In this document: positions 30,301-46,032 of the stretch, piece by piece
Position numbering within the stretch: position 1 is the first letter of the stretch
How the letters are laid out: each line of letters begins with the position of its first letter
Source: Tubulanus polymorphus
Taxonomy: Eukaryota; Animalia; Nemertea
Direction of reading: 5' to 3'
Assembly: GCF_964204645.1 (NCBI RefSeq)
Contig: NC_134028.1
Span: 9,486,001-9,550,000 of the forward strand
Length of the DNA: 64,000 nt
The notes under the pieces: model-generated
Told to the model about the DNA's origin: nothing
Seen by the model: the letters and a program-made list of their open reading frames with translations, nothing else
The model's database searches: none
Made by a program: the position numbers and the translations under genes

Positions 30301-32411
30301 TGAAATTGACAGCTCGAATCGCGGGGAGTCGAACCCGCTTTTCGAGAAACCTGTCATAAACCATGTCTCTCGGCGTATTTACACAAAGAACAGTCGTTCG
30401 CGTATTTAAGTCTGTGTGAAAAAAAAAGAATCGCCTATACACAGTCAACAAACCTGCTCATAACACAGGAGCTAGGTATTCTTATGACACACCTTGAATC
30501 TCCGTGACAATTTGCCCCGGTTTCGGATTCGATTCGTTTCATTCATATCTATCGCTTATTACCTAGGGTGTGGAATATCTATACACAATTCATCCGAATT
30601 AACGGAATTTATTGATACATATCCTAGTTTCGATATTGATTATGGGTCATTAACGGTGTTTTCAGCGACTGATATTTTATAATACGTCGATGACGTCTTG
30701 ATACTTTATAAAGACGAACCACAATAGATATTCGTTAACTCATATTTGTAATATCGTCCATTATGTAGAATATTCTAAGGAAATTAAATTTTGATTTCAA
30801 TTTCAATATAAATTTCGAGAATTGTTTGTAAATTAACAATTTTACGCGAAATTTACGCTATTCCGGCAAGTTGATAATGGTGACCTTATCTCTCCAGATG
30901 GCGCGACGAGCACTCAGTTTTTTAGCGCTATTTCCCTTGCAAAGTTAGTTCATTTTCGATCACCTAGGCTCCCGGATCCGTCCATTATTACAGGACCCAC
31001 ATACATTTCATTCAATTTCTACTCCGCGATTGGCATAGTAGTTCCGTGGATCTTTGCCAGCCAAATCTTCAATATTTCAGGTGCAGGTTCCTCATTTTTC
31101 TTACCGATAATTCCAATTCTTATTTATTTACGAAACAGAGAGGCAAAAATGTAAAATTACAATCAGAGGAAAGACAAACAGTTAATCAACGACACAAGCA
31201 AAATTGAAAACCACCGCGAAAGATTCGTCCGAAGGGCACACATAAAAAATAAGTTTGTCTGCGATCATCAAAACACGGAATAGCCTCATTACCTGTTTAC
31301 ATATTAATGTATTGGAGCTTTTAATGGCAATAAGACCGATGTATAAATAATTAAACAAAGTCAGATAATTAATGAGATTGAGATGCCGCTCGCTGCAGCG
31401 TATACCGAGACCTCATCACTCCCCGGTTAATACCCGGCACCACTGAATCAATCGTGGAAGCTCAGGCCATACGCATATATTCCTAGTTTTAAAAACCCAA
31501 GTAACACGCGTAACGCGCCAGAATTTCTATTTTCAATCAAATATCTAAGGCTCGTATTTGCATATCGACGACAATTGCATCCAATTCGACCAAATCTTCA
31601 TACAGGATTTGCGGAAGCTCGCTAGATCGCTGTTTTAAATCAGTATTGCGCTTTAATGAAACGTTGATTCACTTCGGCACGGCCTGCTATCAGTCAAGTC
31701 TCGGGGCGGATAATCGCCTTGTTCTTTAGGCCTTAAATATCATCAAAGGATCAAAATTAAGCCAAGAACAAAGACGAGTTTACACGTAAATAAAAGATGC
31801 ATCGAGATCCATTAAAGTATACACCATTGTCCCCTATTTAATGGCTTGTATCGGCGACAACGGGTTTAAAACAAAAGAATGTCGAACGAAATGTAACATG
31901 ATTTTCAATTCGACGCTAGAGCAGATGCCGATTGTTGATTTATCGTCGAAATCGGTTCAAGTTCAATGACAGCAGTGATTTTACATCGTTAAGCCACTTC
32001 AAGCAATTCGCTATTGGGAAAAAAATAGTGTTTACCGTAGGTTTGAAGATACACCACAAATCTATAATTTTCTAATTGAAAAGAAAATTTGCGTTCGTGG
32101 AAAGAAAAAGTCGGAATGATTCGTACAACGTTAAAACCTGATCCGACCTGCTGATTACATTTTGATTCGTAGTCGGTTTCAAGGAGGCCCCCGGTTGTTA
32201 CAATCACGAGAGTCGACACACTCAAACGTAGAGGTGTGCCAACCCGAATCAGGTAAGCTAATCAGGGAAGAGAGGGCTCTCAACCGCTAATATTGTTCAA
32301 TATGCAACTCAATACGTTGCATAACAAATTTCATCCCATCGGGGTTCACTGCTGATAAGTCACTCGGAGATAAGATTCCTGTCGACAAACGCCATCCCTA
32401 TGTATGAGAGC

Positions 32412-32443
<32 letters not shown>

Positions 32444-34731
32444 TTCCTAGAGAGCGATCGATGAAGTATCGGCAATATCAGTTTAGATTTACCGGCGCCC
32501 CTCAGAGAGAAAGCGCCGAGCAAGATTTATCGATCTGCGCCGTCTCGCTTTATAAACGTATATATCTGTATATTCTATTTTAATTAGATTTCAGTAGATA
32601 TAACGGGTCCAGTTTCGCTGACGGTATTGAAAATCTATAAATCTGTGGGTATCTAATAAATACTCGCATAGAAGTAGAAGAAATACTCCCCTCTATGAGA
32701 AACGCCCGCGATTGAATTCCAAACGGCAGCCAGTAATTAATTTTCCCGCACTTATGAAACTCGCGCGACGCATTTTACCGGTTATCAATCTCTGTTTTAC
32801 GAAACTAAATCAGGTTTAATCTACGGATAGACGCCGCAAATGTTCCAATCAGTCCGATACAATGAAAATATACTTGTTTACGCAAACATTTTCCACAGTG
32901 TGGTGTAAAATCTGCTCGACACTTAATTCACAGAGGCAGCGTTCGGTGTTCTGTTCATTGTTGGCCCAAATGCGTCAAATTAACATTTTTAAAATAAACA
33001 CATCGAACCAAAGCACACAGTTCTATAATCAAATTTCGCCCAAGTGATAACCGATAGCTCGCATGCGCTGATAAGACTTTTATATTCGACAAAGCATTTG
33101 AACATTTCGCGATTTTTAGGCGAGACCAACAAAGCCGAGTCGGAATAAGACATACGTATTTTCTGTGAAGCTATTCGAGCCGTAGTTGTGGCCTAGTTGT
33201 CTGAATATTTGGCAGGTAAATATTAAACAGACTTCTGACACCGAGTCAATCATATTAAAGCAGAAATCAAAGAAATATATGTGTATAATGTGATAAATAG
33301 CGATTATATAGTGTAAATAGCACATAAATAACGCGTAATAGATCTTACTAATGTATAAACAAGATCAACGCAAAAGTACGTAGAGGTCTGTGCGAATTAA
33401 CAGCCCACACATGAACTGGAAATATTTCTGATAGACAAAAAATCAGTAAATTGATGATATATGATCATATGGTAATATGAAACCCGCCGACTCCTACAGG
33501 CGACTCGAAGTTCGGAGAGATATCTCGATAATTCCATCCGAGTTTCGGCGAAACAAACAAAAAAAAATTCGATAATCCGATCTCCCCTCGGAGCGAGGGT
33601 GAATATGGCGTTATTTTACGGCGACTGGATTGCGCCTGAGTTAGAACACGGGAAAGATGATTCTATTTCTGCGGGAGTATAACCGAGTCTGAGCCTCCAG
33701 ACAAGCCCTGTCTAGTAACATTTATCAGCACAATGTTATTACAATTAAATAGATTAGCATTTAATTAAACACTTTCACTGAAACCGTTATCAGATGTGTT
33801 ATAACATTATACAACTCCGGACAGTAATATTGAATAAACGTGTTTAAGCAAATTGATTCAATTATGCTATGGATATTCTCGGGAGTCATCGCGGGTCCGA
33901 AACCCTGGTCGAACATTCGCCAGCGAACACATAGAACAGACAAAAGAAATTAGCGCCACACCTAGGGCCGCGGTTGTTAAGTCGCCGCGGTGTCGGCTCC
34001 GGGCAAACTCGCAGATAGCTCAGCGTCTGAAGCGTTTCAGCGTTGATTGACGTACGTAAACGCTGCGCGTCTATTAAACGTACGAACAACTTAGTAACGC
34101 TAACAATTCTAACATTTGTTACCTTAGTAATATAAGCGTGATACATATAAACGTACGCTATATCACACCCGGTAAACGCATAATTTGTAACCGAACACTT
34201 ATAACGCTTAACGTTAAGTATTGTTGCAGCGGTTATTACATTTGTAAAACGACGTCAAGAGGCGCCAGGTACATCGATATCCGGCGTAAAACACGGAAAC
34301 TATATATGCGTCCCCCTAGTTTCATTCATCAGTTCATGCGCGGTTTCAAAATGACATTTCAATCCAAATAGTTCATCGATGAACTATACAACTGGGTTTG
34401 TCATTTTGCTGACCGATATAGCGTTAGAATCAAGAGGATGGTAACGACTACAGCCTTTGCTTCATGAGATCTTTAAGGCCAGTTTTGTGCACCTTTCCAC
34501 ACAGGAATTCATTGATTTATGCTAGATTTTTTTTTCAAGTTTTGCCTTGAAGAAATGAAGGATCTCTCTCTAGTTCTCTATTCCTTCAAGGTATTTTACC
34601 CGAGTTGAGATTTTCACTCATCTTAACAAACGTATCAATATGCGTTGATTTTTATAATCTAATTCTAACTGACAAATGACGATTAAGTTTAATATACTGT
34701 CAAAATATATCAGAACATTGAATTCAACTTA

Positions 34732-35523
<792 letters not shown>

Positions 35524-35819
35524 TCACACCAACAACGCGAGTTGCATTAACCGCGGAAAACTTTGACTTCGCCATCCGCTCCTGATGGTGAACATGTTAC
35601 TGTGCACTGCTGCGCGTCGTATAGCGACGCGGCTGAGTTTATCGATAATCCCGAACTCTATTCGTCGCTACAGCTCGTCTCGGGTGAAATGTTTTCGGTC
35701 TGTCTCCAAGCCGTGTAAAGAATATATAAACGTTCTCTATGGCGACTCCGTTGTTATCGTTACAATGTTCCACATCGTACTAAAACTTCCATACGAAAAT
35801 CGCACGCTAACCGAGAAGT

Positions 35820-35940
35820 TTACACCACGTGACAGCTGTTCGACCGCTCTGATTGGACGCGACGAAGCAAATGGGAAGAACCCCGTGCGATTGGCTGTTA
35901 AGTGTCACTAATAGTAGTTAGTTCCCCGAGGCGGGTTGAA
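35820..35940 (-). promoter_or_regulatory. Candidate proximal promoter of HS3ST exon A
   Basis: Two CCAAT boxes (ATTGG on + at 35852 and 35890), an E-box CACGTG at 35826 and a GC-box-like GAGGCGGG near 35928, about 300-410 bp upstream of the ATG. Confidence 0.4.
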
Positions 35941-37268
35941 TGTACAATAATAATGACAATGTAAAATTTAGTATGATAGCCTACGCATAAACGAGCGGTC
36001 ACGTCTACGTGCGTATATATGTTTCAAATCCATAAAACTGTTAACACCATTTTCGAACAACATTCCTCAGAAATAGATGGCGTATTGATATTTCATTTCC
36101 ATCATCTCATTTTTATGGCATTTCCGTGAAAAACAGCCTTGGATCTATGGGATTTCTAGGTAATCAAGGCAAAAAAGGCGGCTCCGCCGTGACTGGCGAT
36201 GTCTACTTTGCAAGTGTTACGTGGAACCTTTTCTCCTGTAAAGCTTTGCTTTCGCACCCGAGCTTCAGAAATCGATGATGATGACGATGATGATGAACAA
36301 GATTTATGTAGGGTCAGGATAAGCAAATCTTCGTATACTTCGGTGCATTTAAAGCGATTATTCTGGCGACAAGGCAGGACCTAGGTTATGACTTAAAGAG
36401 TTATGACTGGTCTAAGACCGCGTTTATTCTATCTACGCAACGACTGAAGTTAAGTCTTTAAGGATATCACTATTGCGGACTTGTTACAACTAATGGCAAC
36501 CGGACCCCGAGTCTTGATAAAGTTTTCGAAGAACCCTCTTCTAAACCGTCTCACAAAGAATGGACTATAAATTTTCCCGTCTACTGTCGTCTACTCTCCG
36601 GAACTTTGATGTTTCCACTAAAACCTGAACCTAAAGCGATAATATTCGGTTATCTCGCAGTCGCTTTGATTTACTGGCGTCGGTAGTTTATTCAAACACT
36701 TATAAAACCGATTAGAAATCGATTAAATGTTATCGATTATTATTCATTTATCGAAATGTTTTGGGTTTTGGGATCGTCAGTGTCGAACCGAGGTGTCGAA
36801 TGTTTGTAGAAGCCTTAACGTGATATTTCAGTTTGAACTATATTTAATATTATGATTTCGCCTCCAAATAATGCATTCCATTTATGCATGTATTATAACA
36901 CATTTTCATTCGCAGCCATACAATGAAAACGAATACTTAGAAAACGTGAAGCACAGGTATCTCAATTTCCTAAGCCTGAGCTAGGGTGTTCTTAGTTAAA
37001 CCAAACACAAGGAATACATCAATGATTGATGATATAAGTAATAAATCGGAATCGATGAATTTAGGGAACTACGTTAAATTGAGGTTTAAAAATTATATCT
37101 AATTTGATAGTTCGCAATCGTATGCGCACAGATAGTACGGTACAATTATTTCCTGGACTTTTTTCCTGTAAATATCTTTTGTAAGTTTGTGTATATATTT
37201 ATTTTCTTCTGGTGATTCCTTTCTTTTCACTGAGAATCACGTCATTTGATTATGACGAATAAAAAAAA

Positions 37269-37527
<259 letters not shown>

Positions 37528-40375
37528 TCGAATTGAAAGCTCATCTATCAATTCGAGTCGAGACATTTTGAAATACACGTAGGGCCTATTGTAAATAAGA
37601 GTTTTTGTAGTAGAGATCGAGTGATGTGCCGACGTGTTACGACTGGCGCCATCTAGAGACAGGTGTTATAAGGTTATCGGCGCGTTGAAAGGGCGGCTGA
37701 CCGACGGACCGACAGACTGCGCCGTTCTGTCATAAAACTGTCTTACAATCGCACGCATGCATGCATAATTAAAGCGAGCAATGTACTTTTGAAATCAACC
37801 AAAATATGAGGTGCTATCATATGATAAGATTGAGGCAGAAACGTGCCTTCTTTAAGTTGAATATGGACAATTTGATAAAATACGTATCGCAATGCAAGCG
37901 TAAGTCACATTAGTTAGGATTCTATTAAACAACAGGCGGACGCACAGACGCGCATACCAAGTGTAATAGGTAACAGGGATTGTGAATTACATGGATAGTT
38001 AATAAATGAAGAAGTCCCGCCGCGATGGAATCCTATGCAATCTCATGATGATTCCTCTCATTTTCCCACCTGATGATGGCTGTTAATCAACAGCATTTTG
38101 GTTTCATTTTGATACATTACTATCATAACATTCTATTGTGGGACCCTTTTTGCGACAGCGCCACGGCGCTGGAGCATATTAAGTCGATCGAACCACCTGG
38201 TGTCTTCCAATACCACCACCTAGTGGGCTCAAATTCAAGTTCAAATATACTTTATTGATACTCATCATATATACTTAATTGTTACTTTATTCAATACTTT
38301 ATTGTTCCCAGTACTGCAAATACATCGGATTTCCGCAATTAAGTAGACAGAACACAAATAAAATTAAGAATTTTTTAGTATTCAGAAAACAACGTACATG
38401 TTATTATTCAACTTTAATTAGCAATGAGGAGATAATTTTTTGCGACACTCACGCATTCCCTTTCTGGAAGGCTGATCGGCTCTTCCCTGAAAAATTAATT
38501 GCTGAATCGACGTCCCGCTAATGATGAATACTATTTTTAGATCCCCTGATTTCAAAATTCAAAAATATAGATTTATATGAACCTTAGGTCTACCTTGTAA
38601 TTAACAAATTATTCGAAAGCAAAGATCTTGCATTCGAGTTTATTCATTTTAAGCAGTTTCTTTATTTCAAGCCTCGGATTGATTGTCTAAATCTCTTTGC
38701 TCTTCTCATGACTTGTATTCAATTAAATTTTCTATTCTCATTCTACAATTTGTACGTGAATACTATGAACGGTAGCTTTTGTTTCTTTTCGTTTCGTTTT
38801 TCATAATGATTTTGTAATTTATTTAAATCTTCATTTTATCGCGACGGGTGCTTCCGCTTTTAAACTGTTCGTTTATTACTTCCGATTTTTTAATCTTCAT
38901 TAATTTATTCATTCTTTATGACTTCTCTCTCCAAAATCGGAATTGTATCCTTAGACGCTTTTGATCTTGATTTTTAATGACTTTGCAAAACCACCTGTCG
39001 CAGTATATTTCCTTTTAGAAATATACCTTGTCTCATTTATCTCACTATAGTATCCATGATTGACACGGGGTATAGAGTACATGGATGGTTAGTTTTAAAT
39101 GTAGCCACCAGATAGAGACACCAGCTGGTTGCGCACCCCAATGTTGGCAAGAAGACGGAATATATCTTACAGTCGTTTTGATAATTTAATATACTGGTGC
39201 AAATCGATGTTTACAAGAATTTCATATTCAATTTTAGATATCGCAGGTCTATCATCCATAATCATATCCAATAATTGAAGGCTAAAATAGAAAGAAACGA
39301 AAATCTTATCCAAATCCATGCTTACTAGAATTTCAAATATGATTTCAGACATCGCGAGAGAAAACCAGTATCCATCATTTTGAAGAAATAGTCGATGCGT
39401 AGTTATTGGGGGCTAGTTTCCTTTAGAGGCCGGAAAGTCGTTTTCGTAGTTTTTGAGAATGTAGATGAGGTTCAATTTCTAATTTCCTACTTTCCTAATC
39501 CTAATTTCTAGGTGAAACCATAATTTCTTTTTCTTTCGATGAGCAAGTGAACCGCGATTTATGCACTAAGGATACAAACTGGACGGATGTCAGTCACACG
39601 TTTCTCTAAGGTAGTATAGGCCTAGTAATAGTAAACTTCGAAGTTGAACACGTACCCTGAATTGTTTTACTCGTGTAGCAACATTTTGGCTATTGAAACC
39701 CCTCTGATTTAGAATAAATGTACCCTAACAAAATGGTGGCGATAGTAAATCTGAAATAGCTTATTGAAGGACCCTTTTTTATTTGTGAAGATAATATATT
39801 GATTATGAATGTAGTATACATTTTGATTTCATTGAATTTGGATTAAGATAGTACGATTTAGGTGCTTATCTTTCTAGTTCCTTAATTTACATGCATCGGC
39901 ATGCAAGTTAGCTGGCGATTCTGCCTGTTAATAAATCATCAAACCTAGATTTTTTTTTTTTAATTGAAGTTTGTGTCCTGCCTGCAACGTTTAGGTGATG
40001 AACTAGGCCTTCGTTTGTTCAAATGTTTACTATAAATCACTCACAAAATGCCGTAAAAATTTCTGAAATCTGAACTTTTACATATCGAAAATCCTTACTT
40101 GAGAAATAGCCTAATTTATTAGAAGAGGTAGTAAGCCTATTGTGAATAAAGTTTCTCATATCCTAAGACGATCATATTCTAATCATGTATGGATAATCCT
40201 TTTTCCTCGTTAAACTATGGAAATGTTGTGAGTGTAAATAAATCTATTATCCTCTTAAAATCGGCGAAACGGTTTACTCAATATAGTTGAATTAACGGCA
40301 TGACTGTAACAAATTTCACCCAAGCTCCACCTGGCGTATAGGATGATGGCATAACATTAAAAAGTTCAACACTAA

Positions 40376-40587
40376 AGCCCGCAGCACACGGCACAACATC
40401 TGTTTCGCCAAAACAGAGATCACGTTTTTCAGAAAAACGTTTTCGACTACTCAAAACGTCTTTCGCAAATCAAAAAGTGCTTGTTTCGTGAAAACGTTTT
40501 TCTACCCCGCACACGGCATAACAAAACACATCGAAAACGTTTTTCGCGAGGAAAAAAACGTTTTTTCGGTGCCGTGTGCGGCGGGCT
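40376..40587. mobile_element. Harbinger-like MITE
   Basis: TIRs agcccgcagcacacggcac / gtgccgtgtgcggcgggct with TAA/TGA flanks and internal aaaacgtttt repeats. A related copy starts at ~51250. Confidence 0.7.
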
Positions 40588-40669
40588 TGAAACTGTTGAA
40601 AAATATTGTTTGTAGAATTGAAAACTGTTGAAACGCCCCATAAGAGGCATCATGAATATGACTGTCTCA

Positions 40670-40882
<213 letters not shown>

Positions 40883-41220
40883 TTAAAAAATACATTTCTA
40901 TACATATTCGTGTTCATAATGGAAATCGTGTTCATTTAAGGCCGTTTCATCAAAGTTGGATTACGGATTTGATGGGCAAAAATTTGAAAAAGAATAAGTT
41001 TTTCTTAGAACGTTGGATTCGTTACCAATTCGTTACCAAGTCATCGGAGCTCAGGGGGATTTGAAAGAAAAAACATTTCTTTACTAAATGGTTTTATTTT
41101 GTGGGTCGTTTTTGATAATTGTACCCGAATATTGTCTCTACGTATTTACTAGTAAAAGAAACGGCCTAATGAATTTAAGAAAGAAGCTGTAAATAGAAAA
41201 TATTTCCGGTCTTGAATATC

Positions 41221-41366
41221 ATTGAGCGACAACCCACAATATAAATCTAAAACAATTGCTACTGTTTTATTCCTTACGCTTTGGGTGGAATCCTTCCACC
41301 CATCTTCAGAGTTAATTGGAAGAAAAAAACAGTTGCGTAGATTTATAATGTGGGTTTTCGCTCAAT
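41221..41366. mobile_element. Hairpin MITE
   Basis: Arms attgagcgacaacccacaatataaatcta / tagatttataatgtgggttttcgctcaat. Confidence 0.65.
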
Positions 41367-41931
41367 AAAGAAATAAGTTTTCAGTTTCTAGGCGTCATAT
41401 TGTGGCGGTCCCTCGACGTCCCAATTTTGTTGCGATCTATCGCATTTCGTTGAATATCAATTAGCTACTCTGTCAGTTAAAGGGAATGAAATGCGGATTA
41501 TTGCTAGTGATTTTCTGGTCTTTCGAACGCAATAAGAGCAGCGATGATATCAAACCAAGGACTGCATATTTTACCGCGTGTCAAGAAATTCGCTTATTTA
41601 ATTGATCATGAAATATCTTAGTATCCGTAAAACCTACATTCCCCATTTTTCCAGAGATGGTCGCAATTTTTTGGTCTGCATTAGAATTTTTTGAAGACGA
41701 CAGGTGGTTAACAGAACCATTCACAATATATTTGCAACTATGTCTGTATAATCTGATGGCTAATAGCTAATCATGACAAAGTTCGCCACTTCTTTAATAC
41801 TGGTGTTGAATGAATAGATACGCGCAGTTTGTCAACAACAAAAATTAAGAAGGAACTAATGATAAATCCGGGCAGAAATTGGCAAAATGATAACGAGGTA
41901 TCATTTACGCCTAAAAAAACAAAATCATTAC

Positions 41932-42241
41932 TTTTCCTTTCACTTTTTCGCAACTTTTTTTTCCCAAACAAACTTTTTGTTTCGTTTGTACTACTTTTCT
42001 TAACACGCTCGTGGTAAATCCTACTTGTGTTATAACCTTTGCGAATCACGTCAACTTCATATTCATCTGTATGTTCTGGACCAGTTCTATATCCTCTTCC
42101 ACTTCTGTGCGGTAATTCATTTAATTCCCAGTCTAACCGGAGGGGCGACAGACGGCTATTGCCAATGATCGAAAGCATCAGCATCGTTGTAATGATAATC
42201 AGTATCAAAAATCGTATAGCAGACTGCCGAGTAGGATCCAT
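41932..42241 (-). CDS. Probable first coding exon of HS3ST module B (type II TM anchor + basic stem)
   Basis: MDPTRQSAIR followed by hydrophobic FLILIIITTMLMLSIIG and a polar, Lys-rich stem with N-x-S/T sequons. Phase-1 donors compatible with exon 40671-40866 exist at 41931 (A|GTAATG) and 41943 (A|GTGAAA); the exact 3' boundary is uncertain. Confidence 0.6.
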
Positions 42242-42454
42242 TTCTGTACGTATAACTGTCGAGGTTGGTTATGGACCCGAAGGACAGCAAATCTTTATAG
42301 TACCAAATGGCTGCGCTCGTTGGAATGGAACTTATTGAGTCGATATGGCATTCGATTTGAAACCATTATAGTTCTATAAAATCTAGTCACATTGTCCCGA
42401 ATATATGGTGGCTGATAAGGGCCATAGCGTAAAATTCCTGGTATGTAAATGAGG

Positions 42455-42730
42455 GCGCCAGAACGCCAGAACGCCAAAACGAAAAAAACGTCCAATTTTC
42501 TCTAAAAGTTCGTTTTGGCGCGGAGAAAATTCCGTTTTGGCGTCCCCGCCAAAACGAACTTTCATTTTGGCGCCCACGCCAAAACAACGAAAAACGTCCA
42601 ATTTTCTCTGAAAGTTCGTTTTTTAAACAAAAAATTCTGTATACTTGACCGTCTATCACACAACTCAAAATTTTCAAAACCAAACCTTTCGTTTCGCTCC
42701 CGGCAGGTGTGGTGGGTTTGTAAGGGACAC
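42455..42730 (+). repeat. Interspersed repeat with cgccaaaac subrepeats
   Basis: The end gtttcgctcccggcaggtgtggtgggtttgtaag recurs in inverted orientation at 55874-55910; related subrepeats occur at ~49900-50030. Confidence 0.65.
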
Positions 42731-42899
42731 TCAATCAAAAAAAAAAGATCAAACGATATTTATCAACAAAATAAATAACAGGCTCAATCCCTATTTTTAA
42801 GATGAAAAAAGGTGACGATGTATTGTCCCATTAGGCATGAAAAATAAGCGCCACCAGTACATCATTTCTTGATCCTCATTAGGTTTGGAAAAAGAACTG

Positions 42900-42951
42900 A
42901 ACAAACGGAATGAAAGTCAAACCAACGACGATTTAAAACAGGCATTTTATT
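42900..42951 (-). terminator. Candidate polyadenylation site (possibly the distal end of the opsin 3' UTR)
   Basis: AATAAA on the minus strand (42951-42946) followed by GU/U-rich sequence; the upstream sequence is UTR-like and AT-rich. Confidence 0.3.
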
Positions 42952-43532
42952 GATAACATAACATATTGTATACAAACATCAAATAGAAAGTATATTGCGA
43001 CCGAAACTGATTTTGGCACCAATTATATCGAAGCGTGTTTATTAGCATCGGCTGTTGTTTTGTGCGCAGATTTCTTATATTCTTACATGAAACGACGAAT
43101 TTATACACAAATTCTGATTATCACATATCCACTCAGGTTCCAGTTCCACAGTTCCGAGTTACATTTCACTCTGAAAATGAATTTTTTTTTTAATTCAATG
43201 TTTACTCTAACTATCACAACTGTGAAACCGGTAACATATGTTTTAACAACAAACTTCAGCACCAACAATGGAAATGTGCAAGTGCGCCAACCCCTATAAT
43301 TTGAATCGAATTTATCGAAATATACTGAATTATGAATAACACATCAAGTATAGTACTCAACAGATTTATCCAAGGGTGTATTGGGTACTCTTGCCTTACC
43401 ACGCTCACGAGCACAGTAACCCTGGGTATACCAGAGAAAAAAATGGCGGCTCTCATACGCACTTCGGTCATATTTGATGCAACGAAAACAAAAATTATTT
43501 ACTCGAGATTGAGTACCCTATGTGTCCGCGGT

Positions 43533-43686
<154 letters not shown>

Positions 43687-44105
43687 CGATCGAAATGCGT
43701 CCGCAATATGGTTACTCATCAACGGCGCGTTAATTTTTCTTTCTTACTTGCATTTTCTATAAAGTTCGAATTAACTTTTCCCACTTGAAAAAAAGTTTTT
43801 AAAGTGAAATCTAATACCGTATCCTGAGTGGGAAAGTCAATCATCGTATCATTGAATTGTTTGTTAATATTCGGATTTGGAATCCTGCTAAACCAGTTCA
43901 AATTGCATCATGAATAAACTAAGTTTAAATGTATTCAACGGACTGTTTCATTCACAATTCGATCGCGGGAGAGACCAGCTCGTCCTTGGAATGAGTTGTC
44001 AGAGTCAAACTTAAGCCACAAATGTGGAACTGGAAGCAACACCTCGCGGTCACAATAACACAAGACTGAAGACTGATAAAGGGCCTTGAATTGAACAGGC
44101 GCCAT

Positions 44106-44241
44106 ACTGGGCGAACTTCGGTCATCGGGGTTAGTCGACTATCTGCGAACTAAGTGAATAGGTTACGACTGAACTATGTGCGTTCGGTTATCAGCTCCTA
44201 CTACTAGTCGACTAATTACGAAAACCGAAGTTCGTCCTAGT
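44106..44241. mobile_element. Hairpin MITE
   Basis: Arms actgggcgaacttcggt..ttagtcgacta / tagtcgactaa..accgaagttcgtcctagt. Confidence 0.65.
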
Positions 44242-46032
44242 GTTGAACGAAAGCTGGCAAATCCCTGAATGCAAATCACATTTTGGTGCTTACAATTAAA
44301 AATACAAAAACACATTTCCAGTTTTATAGATATACATTCAGTTCAAACATAATGATATTTAATTGTTATTGCCCACACATCAGTTAATATATTGGCAATG
44401 GCTATTGGCTAATACTGGCTGAATAAAGAAAATAGTTCTTGGCGTTTTGGCCACATTCAGTATTAACATAAAATCACGAAATTAACATATGATAGTCGTC
44501 ATCTAGTGCCACCAAAGTGTGCATTTTCCAATTCTGACATTATACGTTTGTTGACCATTGATAAAACACTATGTGTATATATTCGTGTTGTGACGATTCT
44601 CTACATATTATATATCTGTTATAGGAGGGCAAAATGATATTTTGTTTCTCATCACACTTTTTTGTAAGGAAGGTGGCTTTCATCGATTTATTTGGTAGAA
44701 ATAGAATCGTCTCTTGCGCCTGCATTTATCAGATGCGGGAGAGATCATTTTATCCAAACACAACTGACTTAGATATGGACTGAAATTTACTGCTAGATGA
44801 TTTTGAGATACTTGCGCTCATCGGTGGCAATTTTACTCAAGACTAGTATACTGATTTCATTTCCTCAGTAACTATGACATTATCAAATGATCCATAAAGT
44901 TTTCAAATCGTTCACGCACAGTAGCCCCTTCGATCGCATCGGCCATCGCGTTAGCAGCTTTTTGTGCTTTTTACAACTATATCGACACCTGGACATAAAC
45001 CAACATTTAAAGATGAGAAAACCATATTTCAGAGCCTTGAGAGCATATTCTATTGCTATATTTTGCTAGTATCATTTCCGATGCTGGCGGGATTTGATAG
45101 CGACGAGGAACAAGGTGTCATTGTTTGCTTAAACTGATGATTCTAACTTTTAGTGTAATAAGTTAATCTTTTGCAGTGCCTAATAGATAAGTTAGTATGC
45201 GGTTTCCCTTTCGTAATAGAAACGCAATAGGTATGTTTTTTTTTCAAGTTCACATCTTATACGTGAAAAATACCGAAATAGATATGAGTGCAAATAGAAT
45301 GTCATCAAAACCATCAAAACTAGTATGAAATTAAACCGTTATTTTCTTATCAAGAATAAACGTTGTACACAATACATATACGTAAAAAACGGAGCCATAT
45401 GAATTGACAAGTTACTGGCGCCACTTGATCAGCTCGCAGAAAAGCAATCAGAGGAGCCGTTCCTGACTACATGCTTTGGTTGATGAAATGATCGTATGAT
45501 CAGAGTCAAACTTACATCTGTGAATCTCGATGATACAAATCTATATATTATTGCTTTGAAAATACAACTATTGATACAAATACATTGCACGATGAATTGA
45601 GGACGGGGTGCGCGGCATTTATGCTTGTCACAGTATAGCGTACGAACACAGCGCTAATCTCTAAGTAAAAAGTTATAGCTAATCAGCACATAATCTAACA
45701 AGAACAAATATTTTACACGATGTTGGCTAATACCATTATGAAACAACTAACAAAAATTCAACGATTGATTAATTCAAAAATTCAAAGATTCAGTCTCAAC
45801 CTGGGATTTATCACATGAGTTCGTTAGATTGGCTAGGAATAAAGTAGCTACGCGATTTAAATCGATTAAGCCCCCGATTAAGCGGTAGTTTAGGAGCAGC
45901 TTATAATATTGACCGCATGGTGTCCGTTCCTTGTGTGCTTGGACGGCGCACGGCCCTGCGCAAACCCCCATCAAAATATCAAAATAAGACGAGTGACATC
46001 GATATTCAACCGTTGTCGCTTGCCAGGGTTTG

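Noticed and set aside
41771-41931. Second hydrophobic segment at the end of the 156-aa ORF
   Set aside because: Probably intronic read-through beyond the phase-1 donor; a standalone two-TM protein cannot be excluded but is less parsimonious.
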